From Lama glama (taxonomy: Eukaryota), in the NCBI GenBank assembly GCA_028534125.1, contig CM052832.1, positions 10,790,001 to 10,854,000 on the forward strand: 64,000 nucleotides of DNA, written 5' to 3'. The notes under the pieces are model-generated. The model did not search any database. It worked only from the letters and a program-made list of their open reading frames with translations, and was not told the DNA's origin. Both the position numbers and the translations under genes were made by a program. This document shows, piece after piece, positions 37,595 to 52,109 of the stretch. The stretch's first letter is position 1; each line of letters opens with the position of its first letter.

Positions 37595-38045
37595 CCTTCT
37601 GGTTCCCCAGGAGTGGGGTCTTCAGTGGGGTCCCTGCATGTGTGAGATTTGTTGAGGGAGTGCTCTGGGGATAAGCTGTGAGGAAGTGAGGGAAGCAGAA
37701 GAATCTAGGCCAAGAAGCCACTTCAGGTGAGGCTAAGCCATGGCCTGACCCCATGGGGAGCCCTGGGGTTGAATGGCACGTGGAGTGGTCCCACCTAAAG
37801 ACAGGTGGGTGGCTGTAAATCCCTACCCAGTATCGCTAGCCAAGGGCTGTTCCCGGGGGAGGGGCATGTGATGGAGGCCTTAACCTCCTGGGTGTCTCCC
37901 AGGGGAGTGGCTCCTGCTGGCTAGGGACAGTCCCTTGGAGAAGGGTGCAGTGTGAGCCGTTAGCAGCCAACACTACAGCAGCTTGGGGTGAGTGCCCAGC
38001 TGGTGAAGGAGATCTGGGTGGGGCAGCAGGGGCGTCTGATATGTC
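37595..38045 (-). mobile_element. LTR16-like ERVL LTR inserted in a MIR
   Basis: 'gggagtgctctgggga...gaccccatggggagccctgg...gagccgttagcagccaacac...gatctgggtggggc'; MIR-like halves on both sides. Confidence 0.7.
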
Positions 38046-39664
38046 TTTCCATGCTAAGACTTGTACCAGCCACTCCGAGGCCCAGTTCCCTCCCATGTGG
38101 AAGAGGATTAAACAGCTTTCTACTTCTGTCTTACGGTGCAGAGGGTAACAAACTGACAGAGCGTGGGGAAGGCATCTTGTAGCTGTGATGTGCTCTGTAA
38201 ATACCTGCTATATTACTGCACTGACCCTGCGCTGTTTAGGGAAGAGGTGCCCGGATTTAACTACATGTAGCTTGAGTGCACAGGCCAGCATTTGGCTAGA
38301 TTTATAAGGCTTCTCTTGGCTCCTCTCCCCTGGCCTGGGCTCCTTCCATTAGACAAACCTACCTTTGGAAGGCACTGTCCTTGGGGATAATTTACTAAGT
38401 GGAGAGGGTTAATTTCGGATTCTCAGCCATAGATGCTAGTGTGAGGACCGTTTTCAGACGGTCTTAGACTAGAGCAAGGGAGAGGCATGAGGGCCAAGCA
38501 GACAGGCTCGGGCACTGCAGGAGGTCCTCTTCCCATCCTCATGTATTTGGGGGCAGGTAGACTTGGAGTCTGGGAAGGGCTGAGCACTCAGGCCGGTGAC
38601 AGTGGCCCTCCATCACCCCAAGAGAATAATGAATTCAAAGAAAGTCCTCCCTCCCTGCCTCTGCCGAACCCCCTCCTTCCCTCTCCCTGTCCCCAGCTCA
38701 TGGGAAAAAGGGGACCCCCACTGAAGTGGCCCCTGTGAGATGAGCAAGGTTGCCTCTGTCTAGGGCGTATCCCAGAAGGAGAGGTAGTCACGGGGAAGGC
38801 AGTGAAGGGGGCCGGGAGGACAGTGCTCTGTTTTGACCGGTAATGGGGAGACAGGCAGCTCCTGGGAGCCTAGCTGGGCCTGTGTTGGGAGGGGAGTGGG
38901 GAGGCCGTGTCAGCAGAGCCCTCTGATGAGCCTGGGGCTGAGTGTGGCCTGGGGACAGGGAGTGTTAACATCGTCAGGGTCAGAAAGGCTGACCTGTCAG
39001 GCCTTCAAGGGAGAGGTGCTCCTTCCCACCTCAGGAAGGACTGCAGTGCCTCCCTCCCCTGCGCTGGGCACTGCTCCCTGGGCGTCCTGCCGGGTGCCCC
39101 CTCGCGATGTCAGATGTCATCCTGCTGCAGCCCAACCTGGCCTCCAGGGCTTGCCCCATCTCCCAGGGGTGGGGAGGACTGAAAAATCTAGGAAATGCGG
39201 GGGCTTGAGGAAAATGCATTTTGGTTGTCATTAGTGGGAATAGGGGATTATTTCTGGGGAAACAACTCAATTCTACCTTACAGGGCATAAGCATGGTGTG
39301 TGTATGTGTCTGTCTGTTGGGGCCGGGGCTGAGGCCGAGCTGTCCCCCACCCCAGGAACAGATGCCTGCATGGAGCAGACTCATCAAGGACAAGTCTGAT
39401 TTAGGGGATCTTTGGCTTCACTGCTGCTCACCCAGGTCAAGGCTGGGCTGTGTGCACTGAGGTGGGAAGGACAGATGGGCTGGGCAGAGCCCCTGCCTCA
39501 GGGCCCACAGACTAAATTTACTCAGAGGAGTAATGTGAGGGGTCAGGCCTAGGGTATCGGAGAGGGGAGGCAGTGCAAATTCACCAAAGTGGTCAGGAAG
39601 GCTGCATGGAAGAGGGGTTAGGAAGGAGAGAGGGAGCCTGGCTAGAAGAAAATCTTGCCAGAAT

Positions 39665-39930
39665 CATCATCATCACTATCATCAGAGCTAATACTGATCG
39701 AACACCTACTGTGTCCCAGGCGCCATTCTTGGACCTTTACATATTAACTCATTTAATCCTCACAATGACCCTGTGAGGTAAGTACTATGACTTTCATCTT
39801 AGGGACAAAGAAACTGAGGCCCAGAGAGGTTAAGTAATGGACACAAGGACACTCAGCCAGTGAGTGGCAGCATCAGGATTTGAACTCAAGCAGCCTTGGT
39901 CTGGGGCCTCTACTCCTAATCAGTACACCT
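39665..39930 (-). mobile_element. MIR SINE
   Basis: 'actcatttaatcctcacaatgaccctgtgaggta...gaaactgaggcccagagaggttaag...ggatttgaactcaagcag'. Confidence 0.9.
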
Positions 39931-42179
39931 TTCAATACAAGCAAGCACAAACTGAGCACTTGCTGTGTGCCAGGCACTATTCTGAGCCTTTTGTTCATGG
40001 ATGCTTCATTGTTAAGCCCATTTTACAGATGAGAAAAGTTTCACACAAAATTACTCAGGGTCACACAGCAGTGGAGCCCGCACTGGACCCCAGGTGCTCT
40101 TGAGTCCTTAGTGACCTCACCACACCTCCACATGGAGCGGGTGGGGAGGTGGTGTGGGTGAAGGCCTTGTATGTGGTACTTAGGTATGTGGACTTGCCCT
40201 CCTGCACGGGAGCCTTTGTGTAATCTGATGACCAGGAGGGAGAAGAGACATGGGGAGGATGCACACAGACTGGGTGGAAAATGCAGCCTAGGCTCAAGCT
40301 TATTATAAGCACAGGAAGCCCTATCTGGAAACTCCGCTTACCCAAGCAGTGGGGCAGAGAGGCTCTGTCTCCTCTATTCCCTAACTTAGGCCCCACTTCC
40401 TGGGAGCTTTCTGAGGCTGGGGCAGGGTATAGGGCCTGCCTCCTCCATGGCTCCTGTGGCCTAGTTTCCAGGCTGCCTCCGGGTACTGGGGCCTAGCAGG
40501 CAGGTTATAAATATCCCCGAGTGACAGTGAGGCCTTCACTCTGACGCTGATGTGGATTAAGCTGGATATGCAGCCTCAAGGTCCTAGGCATGGCTGTGGC
40601 ATCCAGTGATCTGGGAGGCTCTAGTTGAGGCTGGTGCCAAGGAGGCAACAGCAGGGGAGCAGGAGCCTGAGCCCCCTGGTCCAGCCCTGCTCAGACTTCC
40701 CTCTCACGTGGTCCAAGTTCTTCACTCCTGCTCTTACCTGCTCCGGGTTTCTCTCTAAATCTGCCCCTACTCCCAGCTTCCTCTGCCCTTCCCCCAGCCT
40801 GCTCGCTACAGGTTTTCTCAGCCCAGTCTGGGCCCAGAGGCCCTCAAACCACAAGGCCTTGGTTAAGGGGATAGGTTGTCAGGTTTGGGGGATGGATTGT
40901 CAGGTGAGGGGGGGCGGGTTGTCCCTGGAGGCAGTTCCTGGCTTTCTGCCCATCTTCACCTTCAGCCACACCTTCTTTCCAAGTACCTCTTCAGAGTGGA
41001 GTTGGCCAGTGACTCTGTGTTGACTCAGCAAAGTTGTGCCCAGCTCCCTGGGCACCTTGCATGTGTATGTGCGTGTATGTGATCAAGTCCACTCTGTTTA
41101 TGAAAAATGCCATTTAGAAATCTCAGCGTCTCACAGCCGATCAGGACACAAAGGATGAGTTTATTCTGAGAATGAGACTCAGAGGAGGCACACAATGTGT
41201 GTACAGCTGAAGCCCCAACTTTCTGAACCCTCTGACTCCCAGCCCAGTGCTCCCCAGTGACAGCCTGCCTTTGGATTTGGCTCCATATCAAAGGAGCTCC
41301 AAGAGGGCCCAGGAACCTCGGTTGGGGTTAAGGGGACATGGGCTCAGGGAGCTGGGTGCTGGAGGGGAATGGATGGACTGGCACCTGTGATGAGCATGTG
41401 ATGCCCTGGGGAAGAAGCTGCAGGTGTTTGGAGAGCCAGCATAGGAGGCTCTTGGGATGGCCAGGAGGGACTGCCAGCTGGACTCAGTGACCCAATTGAT
41501 GTGGACGCTGGAGGAAAGATGGTGGAAATCCCAGCAGATCCTCTCAAAGACAACCTAGTGCCGCCCTCATTCAGAGACCAAGGGCCCTCCCCTCCTCCTG
41601 AAGGCTGAATGGGAAAGCAAATCCAGACAATGGCTCACCTGGAGCCTGAGGGCCAAGCTGGGTCAGGCAGTGGAGACCGTTCTGGTACATCCAAGGGAGG
41701 ATATAATGCCCAATGAGCGGCCCCTTTCAAGAAGGCTGCCTGAAGAAATGCATGGGCTGTCAAGAACATTTTCTGGGAACCTGACCAGGCTACCTCGGCC
41801 CCAGAGGACTCACCTCCACCATCTCACTGCCTCTGGGAAGCCCAGAAGCCAGTCAGCCTGGAAGGAGGAGGCACTGCAGGGGCCCCGGTGGCTCAGAGGT
41901 GAGTGCCCAGGCCCTCATCCTGGCACGCCTACCCAACTGGTGCCTGCACCCAAGGGGAAGAGGAGGCTGAGGCTGCCTCTGTATGGTCAAGTTCCTGCCA
42001 GACCCACATCTGAGCACCATTCTGTTCCTACAGAAGAATAAAAATAAAAGAGACTGTCAGAGACTGAAAGGACCCAGAGCAGTGGAGCTGGCATGAGCTG
42101 TTCTTGGCTCCTGACACATCTGGTTAGTCGAGACACCCTTGACACAGCCTCCTTCCACCTTGGACACACAAACTCTCCG

Positions 42180-42400
42180 CGCAGCCCACCTGGTCCCAAT
42201 GCTGAGTCCCCCGGTTCTGAGTTTGCTTACCCTCTCTCTGCCTACACGCCCAAACGTAAAGTGGGCGTAACGGTAATATCCACGCACTGGGTTGTCCTAA
42301 GGATTAAACCTCAGGATTAAAGATTAAGCCGCACTTAGAGCAGTACCAGCCAGTAAGTGCTGGGGAAGTGTGAGCTGCTATTAACGCCACTATTAGTAAC
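42180..42400 (+). mobile_element. MIR SINE
   Basis: 'gggttgtcctaaggattaaa...cacttagagcagtacc...agctgctatta'. Confidence 0.65.
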
Positions 42401-42639
42401 TGAACCCGTTAATTAGGTGATAGCCCTAACACTTGGATAGCCAGACCCAGTAGAGTCTTTAAACATTTTCTGGCTTTCTTTCCAGGAGACCAGTCCTCAC
42501 GCTGAAAGTCAAAGGTAAAGAAAAGCTTGGTGATCTCACCTGGCACCAAGGCGCCACCACTGGGCATGTGCAGCCGGACACAAATGACTCTGCCAGGAGC
42601 TAGTGGTGGGCAGCCTTGCTGTGGGTGGAAACCAGAGAT

Positions 42640-42810
42640 GCTATTTGCTGAGTATCGCTGCCTGTTGAGTGACCTACAGGCACAAGCCCTAAGAGGGACT
42701 TACCATCACTCTGATATTACAGATGGGGAAGCAGGCTCAGGGAGGTGGAGGAAGTCGCCCAGCATCACAGAGCTAGTTGGTGGAGGAGCTGGGATCTGAA
42801 CCTCATCCCC
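42640..42810 (-). mobile_element. MIR SINE
   Basis: 'ttacagatggggaagcaggctcagggaggtg...cccagcatcacagagctag'. Confidence 0.75.
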
Positions 42811-44229
42811 TTACTTTGGAGCCATAGGTATTGGGTGCACTGAGTGCAATGCCACACGAAGCTGGGTGCCTGCTGGGCCCCTCCTTGAGGGTCTGTGAGC
42901 AGGTGTCACACCACCTCCTGTCCCCAGCTGCCTCCTCCCCAGAGCAAGGCAGGTGAGGGATTAATGTGGAAGCACAGGGCTCTGCTTCTTGCTCTGGTCG
43001 GGCTTGATGGATGCTGGGTCAGTTTTTCCTTCCTTCCTTTCTGTTCAGGCTGGTAACTGTCATGCTGCTCAGAGAACATCCACTGACATTTAAGCCCCAA
43101 CTCTTTCTAAATGTGGAAAAGACAAGATTGGCCCCAGCTGGTGCTGCAGGGAGGTGGCCACTGAAGGGATGGGCCTTTCTGGCAGCGTTGAAGGGGTGCG
43201 AGCCGCTGGGGCCAGCTCTTGGGCTTCCTTTGAGTGGAGCAGTGAGGACCCAGCTCTCTCTGCTGGTTCAGGAGACCTAGAGCCGCCCTGGCTGATCTGA
43301 AGGCAGAGGGGGATGTGCCACTACCCTGTTTGTGCTTTATCCTCAGCCTGGAATTCCACTGCCATAGCCACCTTTGTTTCACAGGTGGCAAACTGAGGAC
43401 TCATAGCCAGGCACTTTATTTGGCCAACAAAGTGTTTCACAATTGTGACTGTGAGCGCTGTGCTAAGTCTTTGGTGGTTCCTGTCACTCCCTGTCGTCCT
43501 CCTTTCTGCTGTGCGCATTCCCTTAACCTGCTTGCCACCTTGTGAATAGTGCCATTTTCAAACTTCTTGTCGATGCATGTGGCCCTGGGAAAGGTAGAAC
43601 CTATTAATTCTCATGGGTTACACTTTGTGGGAAATAACTTTTCACAGCTGTCCTCCAATAACTCCTGCTGACTAAGGCTCTGGGGGTTTGAGGGTGGGCT
43701 GGGGTCATTTTGGAGCCTGGAACACTGGCTTGGACTAGAGCAGGGCAGCAGGAGGGAGAGATGGCCCTGGCCAGTGGAAGGTGGGAAAAAGGTGGGAGGT
43801 TCTTGGCTTCACTATTTTTCCAGGGTGGGTCTCAATGGGATGGATTCCAGCCACTTTTTTTTAAGCACCTACCATGGGCCAAGGATGATGCTGGATGCTT
43901 CTGAGACATGATTTAAGCCAATTCTCCCCACATCACAAATGGGAAAACTGAGCATCAGAGAAGAGTTACAGTGGACAAGAAGCCATGAGGGTCTTGCTGA
44001 TACTCAGAGGGAACCACTGTGTCCGCATGGCATTGGGGAGTCATGTTATCGTCACATGCCAGTGTCCCTTCCACTGATTCATGGAACATTCCTTCCTTAC
44101 CAGGATCCAGGCTGGATAGAGTCCAGGCCTCTGGCCAGTTCCCAGGCCGATGGGAGAGGCAAGATGAACAAGTGGGAACTGTCTAACTCTAGAAGGTGGG
44201 TGCTGGAATAGTCCTGCACCAACGCCACC

Positions 44230-44430
44230 GACACAACAACCGGCAGGGTTTCCTAAGGGCTCATGGGCACAGTCTGCTTAGGGCTTCGCAGGCATTAACC
44301 CTCTCAACAGCCCGGCCAAGGAGGTACTGTCACCATCTCCATTTTAGATAATCAACTAACTGGGTCTCAGAGAGATTAAGTAATTTTCCCAATACCATAT
44401 AGCTAACAAGTGCAGGGCCAGGGTTTCTTA
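44230..44430 (-). mobile_element. MIR SINE
   Basis: 'ccattttagata...tctcagagagattaagtaattttccc...agctaacaagt'. Confidence 0.75.
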
Positions 44431-47400
44431 CCACATCATCACCCAACAGGTAAGAACAAAGCGCTGCAGAAGTGCAGAAGGTGGGGCAGCCACACGGAGA
44501 ATCCCCACACAGAGCTCACAACAGGTCCGTGTGCAAGACAAGTTAATGGAGACCTCTTGGGCAGGTAGGCGACCGGCCCAGAGTCATAGCAAGCAGAGAG
44601 TGGACCTGGGTTTTCATCCCAGGTGTCTCAGAGACCTCATTCATCCCTTTACCTGCACTGGCCGGGAAGGGCTCCTTAGTGATGGGGAGGAGGTGATGGT
44701 GATGAGAAATGCTACAAAGAGGGGACATCCTTAGACATTCTCAGCTCTGAAGCAGAAGCTTCTGTAATTCAGTGTATGAAGTGCTGGGCCTGCCGACCTG
44801 AGTCTGTTGGAGGAGACTCCACATGCACGCTCTGTCCCCCATTTGAGATGCGCAGCCTGCCTCTGACTGACGCTGTCTGAGCCTCTCAATCCCCAAGAGT
44901 GACTCCGTCTCATGGATGAGGGCCTCCAACATCTGTACCTGTCGGGCGACAAATCCAGACGCACACTCTCTGTCTGGTTAAAGATATATCGGGCCCAATT
45001 AGGCGCATGAACCTGCCTGCTGCCCGTGGATCCCTTTAGCTGAAAGCCACAAAGATAAAAGGAAATGGGGGGCAATTCATGCTGGGCACTTGCCTGCTGA
45101 TGCAGTGTGAAGGGTCTGGAGTAGAGACATGGGGGAGGGGCGGAGGACAGCTCCCACCACCTGCGGGACGTGGAATAAAATGCCTGCCTGGTGCAAAGCA
45201 AGGGGCCCTGTGCCCCACAACCCTGGGTCCCTATCAGGTACTTGAAATCCCAGCGCAAGTGTCACCTGCCTTTGGAGGGTCCAGCAGGGAGGGTTCTTGT
45301 CTTTTATGGCCCTGCCCCAAGCTCGACGGGGAGGGAACTCAGGCAGTCAATGGGCAGAAGCATCCAGGAGAGCAGGTTGTTGATGGGATGTGTGCACAGC
45401 CAGACTTCCCTGCTTTATGCCTTCCGGTCCAATTCTTCCTCACTTTGGGTACCCTTTTTTTTTTTTTTTTTTGCTAGCAAACACAACTGAGAAAAGGCAC
45501 CCCTGCCACTCCCATCCATTAGCCCTTCTCCAGCCTGACTGGAGAGCTCCCAGGCAGGTGAGCTACAGGTGGGAAGATGCCAAGCAGACATCTTACCTGC
45601 TTCCCAGCAGGGTTCCGCTGAGCCTGGATTCAGCCACCTCATCCTTACTGGCTACTTCAGCCCTGTCTGATCACAGGGGCCCCAGCTGCCCCCATGATAC
45701 ATTCACATGCCTTCCAGGGCAGCTGCCAGTGATGGGACACTGCCTCCTCCATTCTCCAGGCAGTACCTTACTGAGAGCAGGAGCATGTCTGCTCCACCTC
45801 TCTGGCTCTCCATGCACTAAGCATTGGAATAAACATGGGGGATTAATTCAGTGAGTGATTTCTTTGCCCAGTGCTGCTCCCCGTCCTCTGCTGCACTTGG
45901 CCACCCCTTAGTACCTCCAGAGGATATTGGCAAGCTTCCTGGCCACTCACAGCTCTTGACCACCCCTGCCCTGTTTGGAAATTTCCCACTCTGGGAGACC
46001 TGCCTCTTGGGGCAAGAAACCACACTTTCTTCCCAGCGTCCCTGACAGCTTGGACACAGGCATGGACCTGGACTCTGCCAAAGGGATGCCCCTGTGGGAG
46101 GCTTTGGCTTGAGGCAAGCCTGCAGGTGCAGGTGCCTCACAGTTGCTGTTTCCTGGTCAGAGCTGTGGCAGAGGCGTCTGGCTTTGTTGGGGCGGCAGTG
46201 CTGGAGGTTCTAGGACCCAGTACCTTGAATCAGCAGGGGGAACCTTGATATGTGTGCCCAAACACACAGCTGTGAGGTCTTGGTGGGAGCAGAGCCAAGG
46301 GGTGGGTTGGGCATTATTCCTGACTGTGTGGCCTCCCCCAAGGTCTGAGTCTGGTTCCCCCAAAGATTTAATATCATCTTTTTCTGCTTAAACTAGCCAA
46401 AGTAGGTTTGCAAACACCCTAACTGACACAGCACTTCCTAGAGTAGGTCCAGGATCTGTGTCAATAGGGTATGTGGGTGTGTGCGTGCGTGCATGTGTAT
46501 GCATTTACACAAAGTTGTGCACAGAGCCAAGTGACATATAACTCCTGTCCTCAAGATCACGAGCTGCTAAAAAATAGTAGTTGTGATGGCAGTGAAACTG
46601 CGGGCGAGAAGCCAGCACAGTCTGAACAGGAGGAGGTGGATGGCTGTGACCAGGACTCAGCGGGACCCTGCACGGGCAGACTGGAGGGCTGCCCATCTGG
46701 AGATGAACAGGAGGAGGAGGGAGCAGAACAGAGATGCAGTAGCATCTGCATCTGCAGAGGAGGCACGGCATCAGGCCCTCGAGCAGGGCACCATCCCACC
46801 AGAAGACTCCTTTCCAGCTCCCAGGCCCAGACCCTCTGGCAGACACAGCCACCCCTGCTGTCCGTGGAGCTCCTCCCCCAGGTGCTCAGGCAGCCTTTAT
46901 CCCCAGCAGGGAGCTGAGCAGGGGTATAAGGCTCAGGGCATTCAGGGGACTCAGCTGCTGTTCCCTTCAAAACACTCAACTTGGCCAGGACTGCGGCAGA
47001 TAGTGCCCTTGGTGGTCTCTCAGTGAAGCACCGTAATTGCCCATCAGGGACTCTCCGCACTCTGAAGCTTGTGCCTGGTGAGGCCCCTCCTGCCTTTCCA
47101 CACCCCTGCCTCTGTTGTCTCCCTGTGCCCCAACGTCAGTTCCCTCTCTCCCGCCTCCCCTGCAGGTATCCCACACCAGCCCCATCTTTCCCATTCTTCC
47201 CTCTCTCCCTTTCCTCTCCCACCACCTCTCTTAGCTGCTTGTCTGCCACCTACTTTCTCTCCACCGTGGCTCCTAACCTCTCCTCCTCTTCCATCATTCG
47301 TCTGCCTGTTCTTTCCCAGGAGCCCTGCCAGCGTCACTTCTCACCTGCCTTGCAAGTCATCCAGCTCCATGAATTCTAGGGTTGTGCTGGTGTGTCCTCC

Positions 47401-49512
47401 AGGACATGTCAAGCTCTCCATGTGCTGGGGAACCAGACAGTGTACGATGGTCAAGGGAAGGAAAAGAGGGCAAGTGGACACTGGGAGAGTCAACTTAAGG
47501 AGACCTGGCTCCTGTCCTCCAGGACAGGGAGGGTGTGGAGGCTAGGGGATGAGGGCAGAGACAGGCTGGGGCTGTTCTCTGCTTCTGTCTCTCCGTCTCT
47601 GAGTTTCTCTTGGTCATTTGTATCTCCGGCTAAGGGCAGTGTAAAGGGTAAGTTGGAATAACTTCTCAGCATTAACCACTGCTTCCGTGAGGGAGAACGT
47701 TATTTTAATTTAGTCTCAGCTTGTTCACAGCCACTCAGTTGCCATAAATAATGGATGTCCAAATGGACTGTAAACCAGAAGGACTCAACAAGGCCACACG
47801 ATGCAATTGCCACCAGCCTCTGCCTTCTACAAGGAGCCCAGCACCCCTCTTAATAATGCATGGTTCCAGCCTGTCATAGCCAGATGCCCAGAGATCCCAG
47901 CGAGGAGCCTTGTTATGCACTGGACCAAAGTGAAGCAAGGGGGAAGGAACTGGAAAATTGCTCCCCCAATCAGATCCTTCCAAAGTGAGGACAGTGAGTG
48001 CCCCACAGAGAGGTAAGGAGGGCTTCGGTCTTTGGACCATCTTGTTTATGAAAACATCACTGAAACACTGAAACTGACCCCCACTCTCTCTCCTACATGC
48101 ACCAGCAGATGGTCTTTTGGTTTGGGGCTTTAATCCTTGGGTATGAATCCTGTGACCATCTGCTTACCAGGTACCTGATGACTGCACCATTCTCTGTATA
48201 CAGAGCAAGCTGCTGTTTAGAGCAGCTGAACCTATTTAACACATTTGTGCTGTTTGCAGAACCTCCCTCTGTTTGTAGAGCCTGCCAACAATTGCAGAAT
48301 GAGGGCTATTTGCAGACTGATGCTGTTGGCTATTTCTGCCTCTGGGATTCATAGTCAGTGCCTCTGCTCCCACAGAGGGGACCCTCCTCCATTCCCAAAT
48401 CCCAGTTCCCACTGTGCTCCCCCTCTCTGGCTGCCCTGTGCCTGCCCCCAGGGTCTTCAACTCTGATCCATGGACCACCCAAGTCAAAGGTATCCCCCAC
48501 CTGCTATCCCCCTGTATTGCAGCTGTGCTCAGAAATGGTCTCTGGTAATGGGTCTTGAAAATGAACCTCAGACCTGGAGGTTTCTGGGGCAGGGGTGTGA
48601 GGGTGCCCTGGGAGGGACCCCAGTGCTCCTCAGTGCTGCCTGGTGGGCACTATTCTCAGTGCCCTGGGGCTTGCTTTGAAAGCTCTGGGCAAACACAGGT
48701 ATTTATAAATCTCAGTGTCTGCTTTCTTCTAACACGCTCTTGTTAGTTTCGTTGTGGATGCCTGTAGGGTGGATGATGGGAACCAAGCTGTGGTTGTTTA
48801 GTGGTTTTTAGCTTTAATAGCTTTGGTAATGTAGCTAAAGCCTGTTCAACTTCTGTTGTTTCTGGTACCCAAATGCTTCAGGCAAATCAGTCCCTGGTTT
48901 TTTGGTTATCTCCTCAATAGACTAGACTCAAAGCACACAGGTCACTGGGGTATTTGAGGTCCTCAAAGGGCCAGCGGTGGCCCCTCTGGGACCTGAGTCA
49001 AAAGTGATAGCTTTGTTCAGTGGTGGCCAAGCTGAGCCTCCTGACGGGATGGCCTTCCCTTGGGCCCAGCATCGCCCCTGGCTCACTTGTCATAGGATTT
49101 GAAATCACCGCTATGCTGATGACTGATGCTACTCATAACAGCTAGATTCATACAACCCTGTGCAGGGAACTGTGTTATCACAAACATTACTGCATAGATG
49201 CTCATGAAACAGACAAGGAAAACAAACTCCAGAGACATGTGGTGCCGTCTCCAAAGGGCAGACCCCAAGTCTGCCGACTTCATATCAGTTCCCCCTCTGG
49301 GCTGGGAGTTCTTAGTCTGGTTCCAAAGGGGACTTCAGCCCCCACAGGACTTTCTGTGAATGCCTTGAAGTTACTTTCAAAAATATTGCTGGGAGGGTGT
49401 GTGCACAGCTCCCTCTGGGGCGAGGCTCTGTGCCTTCGGGAGATGCTCACAGGGCAGAGATGTAAGGATCATCTCCCATGCCAGCCCCGTGAACTGGGGC
49501 TTCCCTGGTGCT

Positions 49513-49900
49513 CACTGATTCACTTGGCAAATGCTTACCAAGCAGCACGAGGTGCAGGCCCATGTTAGGCCCTGTTTAGGGAAAATAGATGAGCAGGGTA
49601 GACAAGGTCCCCACCTTCATGGAGTCTTTGTTCTAGTTGAAGAGGAGACGGGCAATTAAGTCAAAATAAAATGAAAGAAGGAATGCCTGGTTGTGAGAAG
49701 GGACATAAAATAAATAGGGACACCGAGAGACGGGTGGGAGGTGGGGAAGGTCCCCTTGTGTAGGTGACACGAAAGAGAATCTCCCTCCTCCAGGAGCCCG
49801 AGAGCTCCCTGAGGGCAGATACCATGTCTCCCCCATCAGACTTGGAGACCAGGAAGGGAAGGCACCATAAGTCCTCCCCTGGGTCTAGGATGTGCCATGG
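49513..49900 (-). mobile_element. L2 LINE 3' fragment
   Basis: 'gacaaggtccccaccttcatggagtctttgttctagt...gagacgggcaattaa'. Confidence 0.7.
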
Positions 49901-52109
49901 TGGGTAGGGATGTTTAGCCACTCTGTTGTCTTGAAATACTGATGAGTCTGAAATGGTCTTTAATTTGGAGGTCATTCACTCAGTTATTTAACAAAGACCT
50001 TCTCACTCCCGGCATTTCTGGCCCTTCTGAAGAAGGTTCTATCCCTTTTCAGTCCTGCAGTTTCTTCCCCAGCATCATATTCTAAGAATAAAGACATATA
50101 GGCTAAGGCCAGGCAGACCTCCCTGCCCTCTGCTGTCCCACAGCCTCTGCTCCTGTAGCCCGGCGCCCCCTCCTCTCACCCATGAGTGCCATGCTTTAGA
50201 AAGCTCCAGCAGCCTGGCCAATGTCCCCTTCACAGCAGAGCATATTACCAAAACTGGCTGTTGTAATGGTAAACTAAATGATGCCCTAATACCCAGATCC
50301 ATCTTCCTGTGAAATAACTCATTATTCAGGCTCCGACTTCAGGGAATTAAGACAAGAACAGTTAAAACAGTTCCCAGGTAGCGTTTGGGAAACACACTGG
50401 GAGTTGCAGGCCAGGAGCACAGTGAGGGAGGGGCTGGGCCGGTGAGGAGGGCCCCCAGCTGGGCTTTGGGGGAGGACTGTCAGGTCAAGCCACCCCTCCC
50501 TGTTTTCCTTGAGAGGAGAGGTGGGCACCACCTTTGCAGAGCCAGCAACAAGCTGCAAGGTTCCCACAGGAATCCCTTTGTTCCTGCCGGCAGTGCTGAG
50601 GCCAGAACAGCAGCTCTAAGCAGACAGCAAGCCACAGGGACAAGCGCCTGGCCACAGCTCCTGGAATGAGGCTTAATTCAGAGTAGGGCCTGGGACCTCT
50701 GAAGATCACTCCATGGAGAACAATGAAAGTGGCCTTGGGGCCAGGCCGACAGCTGCAGCTATGACCCTGTCCCTGGAGAAGGACGCAGAGGTGAAACTCA
50801 GTAAAACCACCTCAGGTCAAAGCCTCACCAGCTGAGGCCAAAGAGTCTCCAAGAGGAAGAGTAGCCCCAACTCCTGGGAAAGCAGGGGATGTGACACCTC
50901 AAGTCAGAGAAGGTGCCTTGACCCCCGAAGGCAAGAAGAGGTCTGGGAGTGCAGCGACAAGTCCGAGGAAGGGGAGGGGGCCCTGCAGGACACCCAGCCA
51001 GGTGAGGCCTCGGAGAAAAGTGTGCAGGTCAGATCTGCCTTGGGTCCTGCCAAGGGAATCCTGGGAAAGGGGCCACCCCAGCACCCCCTGGGAAGGCAGG
51101 GCCTGTAATTTTAAAAAAGAAAGAAAGAAAGAAAAAGAAAACAGCCTTTATGGACACGGGAGCCAGTGGAGGAGAGAATATGGTTGGAGGGGAGGTGGCA
51201 CTGCCTACGTGAGTGGTGGAGACAAGACCTCCGCTGAGGACCCCTGGGCACAAAGGGGCTGCCTCCTCCCCACTGTTGTCTGTTCTTATGTTGGCAGTGC
51301 AGGGGCCAGAGGTCACGAGGGTCTCCAGAGAAAGAGATGTGCTGTTGTTGGAGCAACTCATCCCTCCTGATTTCATTCATTCATTCATTCATTCATTCCT
51401 CAAACATTGCAGGGTCTCCCACAACATGCTTCCACAGTCTGCCTCAGGGAATGCTGAGAACATAGCAAAAAGGTGGGAAGCCCAGGTTATAAATCCTAGG
51501 ATAAATCTGGGACAAACTGGCCATGAGACTGTGAGATAGTGTCCTCATCTGAAGAGTGAAGAGGTTGGAATAGAGCGGGGACAGCAGGGTCCCCTCCAGC
51601 CCTGACACTTGAGTGTCTGCATGGCTGAGAGCGGGAGGCCTCCTCACAATGGGATGGAGACTCTGTAGGAGTTTGGAGCAGGACCAGGAAGTGCTTCAGG
51701 GGTGGGAGGCCCAGGAAAAGAGTACAAATGCCAGTTTGGAGGCTGGAGTGGGAAAGGCTGATTAAGAAAGAGCAAGAGAGGATGTGTGAGAGAGAAAAAG
51801 AGAGATGGTGAAGGGAATGACAGAGAGAGAGACAAACAGAGACAGAAAGAGGGACAAAGGAAGAGGGCAGAGAGAGAACAGGAGGGGATGTTCATCTGAA
51901 GAATGAGGAAGTAACCCAGTTCCACCTGGCTCTATTCAACACATTCTTACTGGAAAATCTCCCACATGCCAGGCACTGTTCTAAGCACTGGGGAACAAAG
52001 AAGAACCATCAGTGATCCAGTGATAAGGTGAAAAGCGAGCCAAATGTCAAAATGTTGACCAAGACAGAGTCTCTCTTGCAAGGCAATCTTAATCTGGAAT
52101 TCATGGACA

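Noticed and set aside
46471..47060. Cluster of 147-167 aa ORFs with a short repeat TGAACAGGAGGAGG (46623 and 46703)
   Set aside because: No recognisable protein or pseudogene similarity and no supporting gene structure; a tblastx search would be needed to revive it.
47140..47172. Pyrimidine tract plus CAG/GT resembling a recursive splice site
   Set aside because: Donor GTATCC is weak and the site lies outside any supported transcript.
49497..49515. GGGGCTTCCCTGGTG resembling the head of a cetartiodactyl CHR/Bov-tA SINE
   Set aside because: Match is only about 15 bp and runs directly into an L2 tail; no SINE body follows.
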